DNA of 63,825 nucleotides, the filler included, from Choristocarpus tenellus KU-1152 (Eukaryota; Protista; Phaeophyceae): assembly GCA_964200185.2 (NCBI GenBank). It is 9 parts of 9 records of this genome, joined end to end, with 100 filler letters (N's around TTAATTAATTAA, not from the genome) between each part and the next. Parts side by side here need not be neighbours in the genome. Positions count along the whole stretch, not along the records: positions 60,217 to 63,825 come from CAXNAD020018978.1; 8 more parts are not named here. The stretch is one strand, 5' to 3'. Position 1 is the first letter of the stretch. Every line of letters starts with the position of its first letter. Below, one piece after another: positions 62,537 through 63,825 of the stretch. The notes beneath the pieces were generated by a model. The model saw only the letters and a program-made list of their open reading frames with translations, was not told the origin of the DNA and made no database searches. The translations under genes were made by a program, and so were the position numbers.

Positions 62537-63726
62537 GTAAGGACCAATGAGAAGATTTTAAAAAATACGCGCAAGGTTTTCCATTGGTAAAATATGCATT
62601 GACCTTAAACTGAGTGGTTCTACATTATGTTGTGGGGGGAGGAAATCCAACCACAAAAAGTCATAGAAGCAGTTGGGACATTGACTCTTGAGCGTTCAAC
62701 AGCTGCACTGTACCATAGAATTTTTATATTATTGTTTAGCTAGACAGGGCGACATTAAGTCCAGGTTAAAATATATATAAAATATGCCTTTTTTCAGGTA
62801 GGCCAACGTAGTGTGACACCTTCGCCTCTACCCATATCGAAAACTCATCTCGCCTGTCCCCCTCCCAACCTGTGCGGCGTTTGCTCAGTGCCAGAAGACT
62901 TACTTGTGTCGGCACAATAAAACAGCGTCCTACAATACCCGAAAGCCCACAAGGGAGGTGATCCGATTGCGCCAGGTAAGGGGGAGTAAGGGAAAGGCAT
63001 AGCCACGCAGTACCCAACTTGTGAGGAGAAGGGGCATTTGGGTGCAATCACTGAGGTGCGCATGGCACTCAATTGTTTGAAAACCATCTTTACCTCAACA
63101 TTGCCTCAGAATTTCCTCCTCCCTTCCTGATGCTGCTGTTGTAGATGGCAACCACTATAGATGTAATCCAGGTCCAGCGTTGAAGCCCAACCCCAGCCAG
63201 TGTCACCCTTGACTTCACTGTGGAATGGCCACTACTTTTTTGGTGTATAATTCTTCATCTGTTCAGCATCAACTCAAACAGTTTGAGGGAAAATGTTGTG
63301 TTGGGAAGTCATTTCTTGTCACTTCACAGCAGGCGATGCAGAATAGGTACACTAAGTGTGATTTTGCTGAGATTTTGGGATATAACTTCGTAGGTAGGTT
63401 TTTCAAATGCCCCCACACAAAAAAAATAAAATGTGGTGCTATCTTGTGCGTTTATAGCTGCCCCACAATCTGTTGGAACTGATGCCAAGCAGTGGAAGTA
63501 CTGCCTTGTACTATGGAGTACTCAGAACGAACAAGAAACTGCTTGTCCTAGACATCCTGATTCTGCTCCTCTTTTTGACCAAGAATTCCTATTCTCACCC
63601 TCAAGCCCAACCTGCATCTTTGCTCTCTCCGGATGTATAACTCTGTTTTGTTCTCCTGGCCCCAATCCTAACACTAATCTTGTGGTCAGGTACAACAGTA
63701 CACCCTACACCACACTCAAAGGTATA

Positions 63727-63825
63727 GAGTGAAAGTATCTTAGAGGGTACGATTTTTTCCCTGTTTGTCCATTTGGGGCTTGGCTTCTCATGGGGTTTTT
63801 TGTTACATATTCCTACTCCAAAATG
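63727..63825. mobile_element. MITE family A, truncated by the window end
   Basis: GAGTGAAAGTATCTTAGAGGGTACG...TTTGTCCATTTGGGGCTTGGC. Confidence 0.85.

Noticed and set aside
73-63732. Most entries in the six-frame ORF track
   Set aside because: They are short, often non-ATG frames in introns or antisense to real exons. The real genes are spliced and only partly overlap these ORFs.
1-63825. Operon-like or cross-contig clustering of the aminotransferase, nicotinamidase and ABCA genes as a biosynthetic cluster
   Set aside because: The genes lie on different contigs, so their adjacency is an artefact of concatenation.

Overview
This is eukaryotic DNA, not prokaryotic. It consists of nine unrelated contigs joined by eight artificial 100-nt linkers (N44-TTAATTAATTAA-N44), so gene neighbourhoods are meaningful only within a contig. 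Short exons in 0.1-4 kb spliceosomal introns, closely spaced divergent genes and the protein content suggest a stramenopile, probably a brown alga or close relative (inference). I assembled the exons by hand with phase-matched splice sites. Complete genes: an 8-exon DegT/DnrJ/EryC1/StrS-family PLP aminotransferase with a C-terminal hydrophobic anchor, and a 7-exon nicotinamidase. 3' portions: a Rad5/Rad16-like SNF2 helicase, an AN1 + 2xC2H2 zinc-finger protein ending in a CaaX box, and an ABCA transporter. 5' portions: an RS-rich splicing-factor-like gene, a CUB-like-domain gene, and the alpha and beta subunits of F-actin capping protein, which sit head-to-head 997 bp apart and each have a GC-AG first intron. 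Mobile DNA: a decayed Ty1/copia element plus a second solo-like LTR, a Ty3/gypsy integrase relic, a full-length decayed plant-type mariner with Stowaway-like TIRs, and three related MITE families that share a terminal motif and make 3-4 bp TSDs. One MITE family carries a 42-bp palindrome, one copy is nested in another family, and one splits a candidate spliced Sola-like transposase relic. The best candidates for undescribed biology are the head-to-head capping-protein pair, the excess of AG|GCAAG donors, and the MITE trio with its possible transposase.
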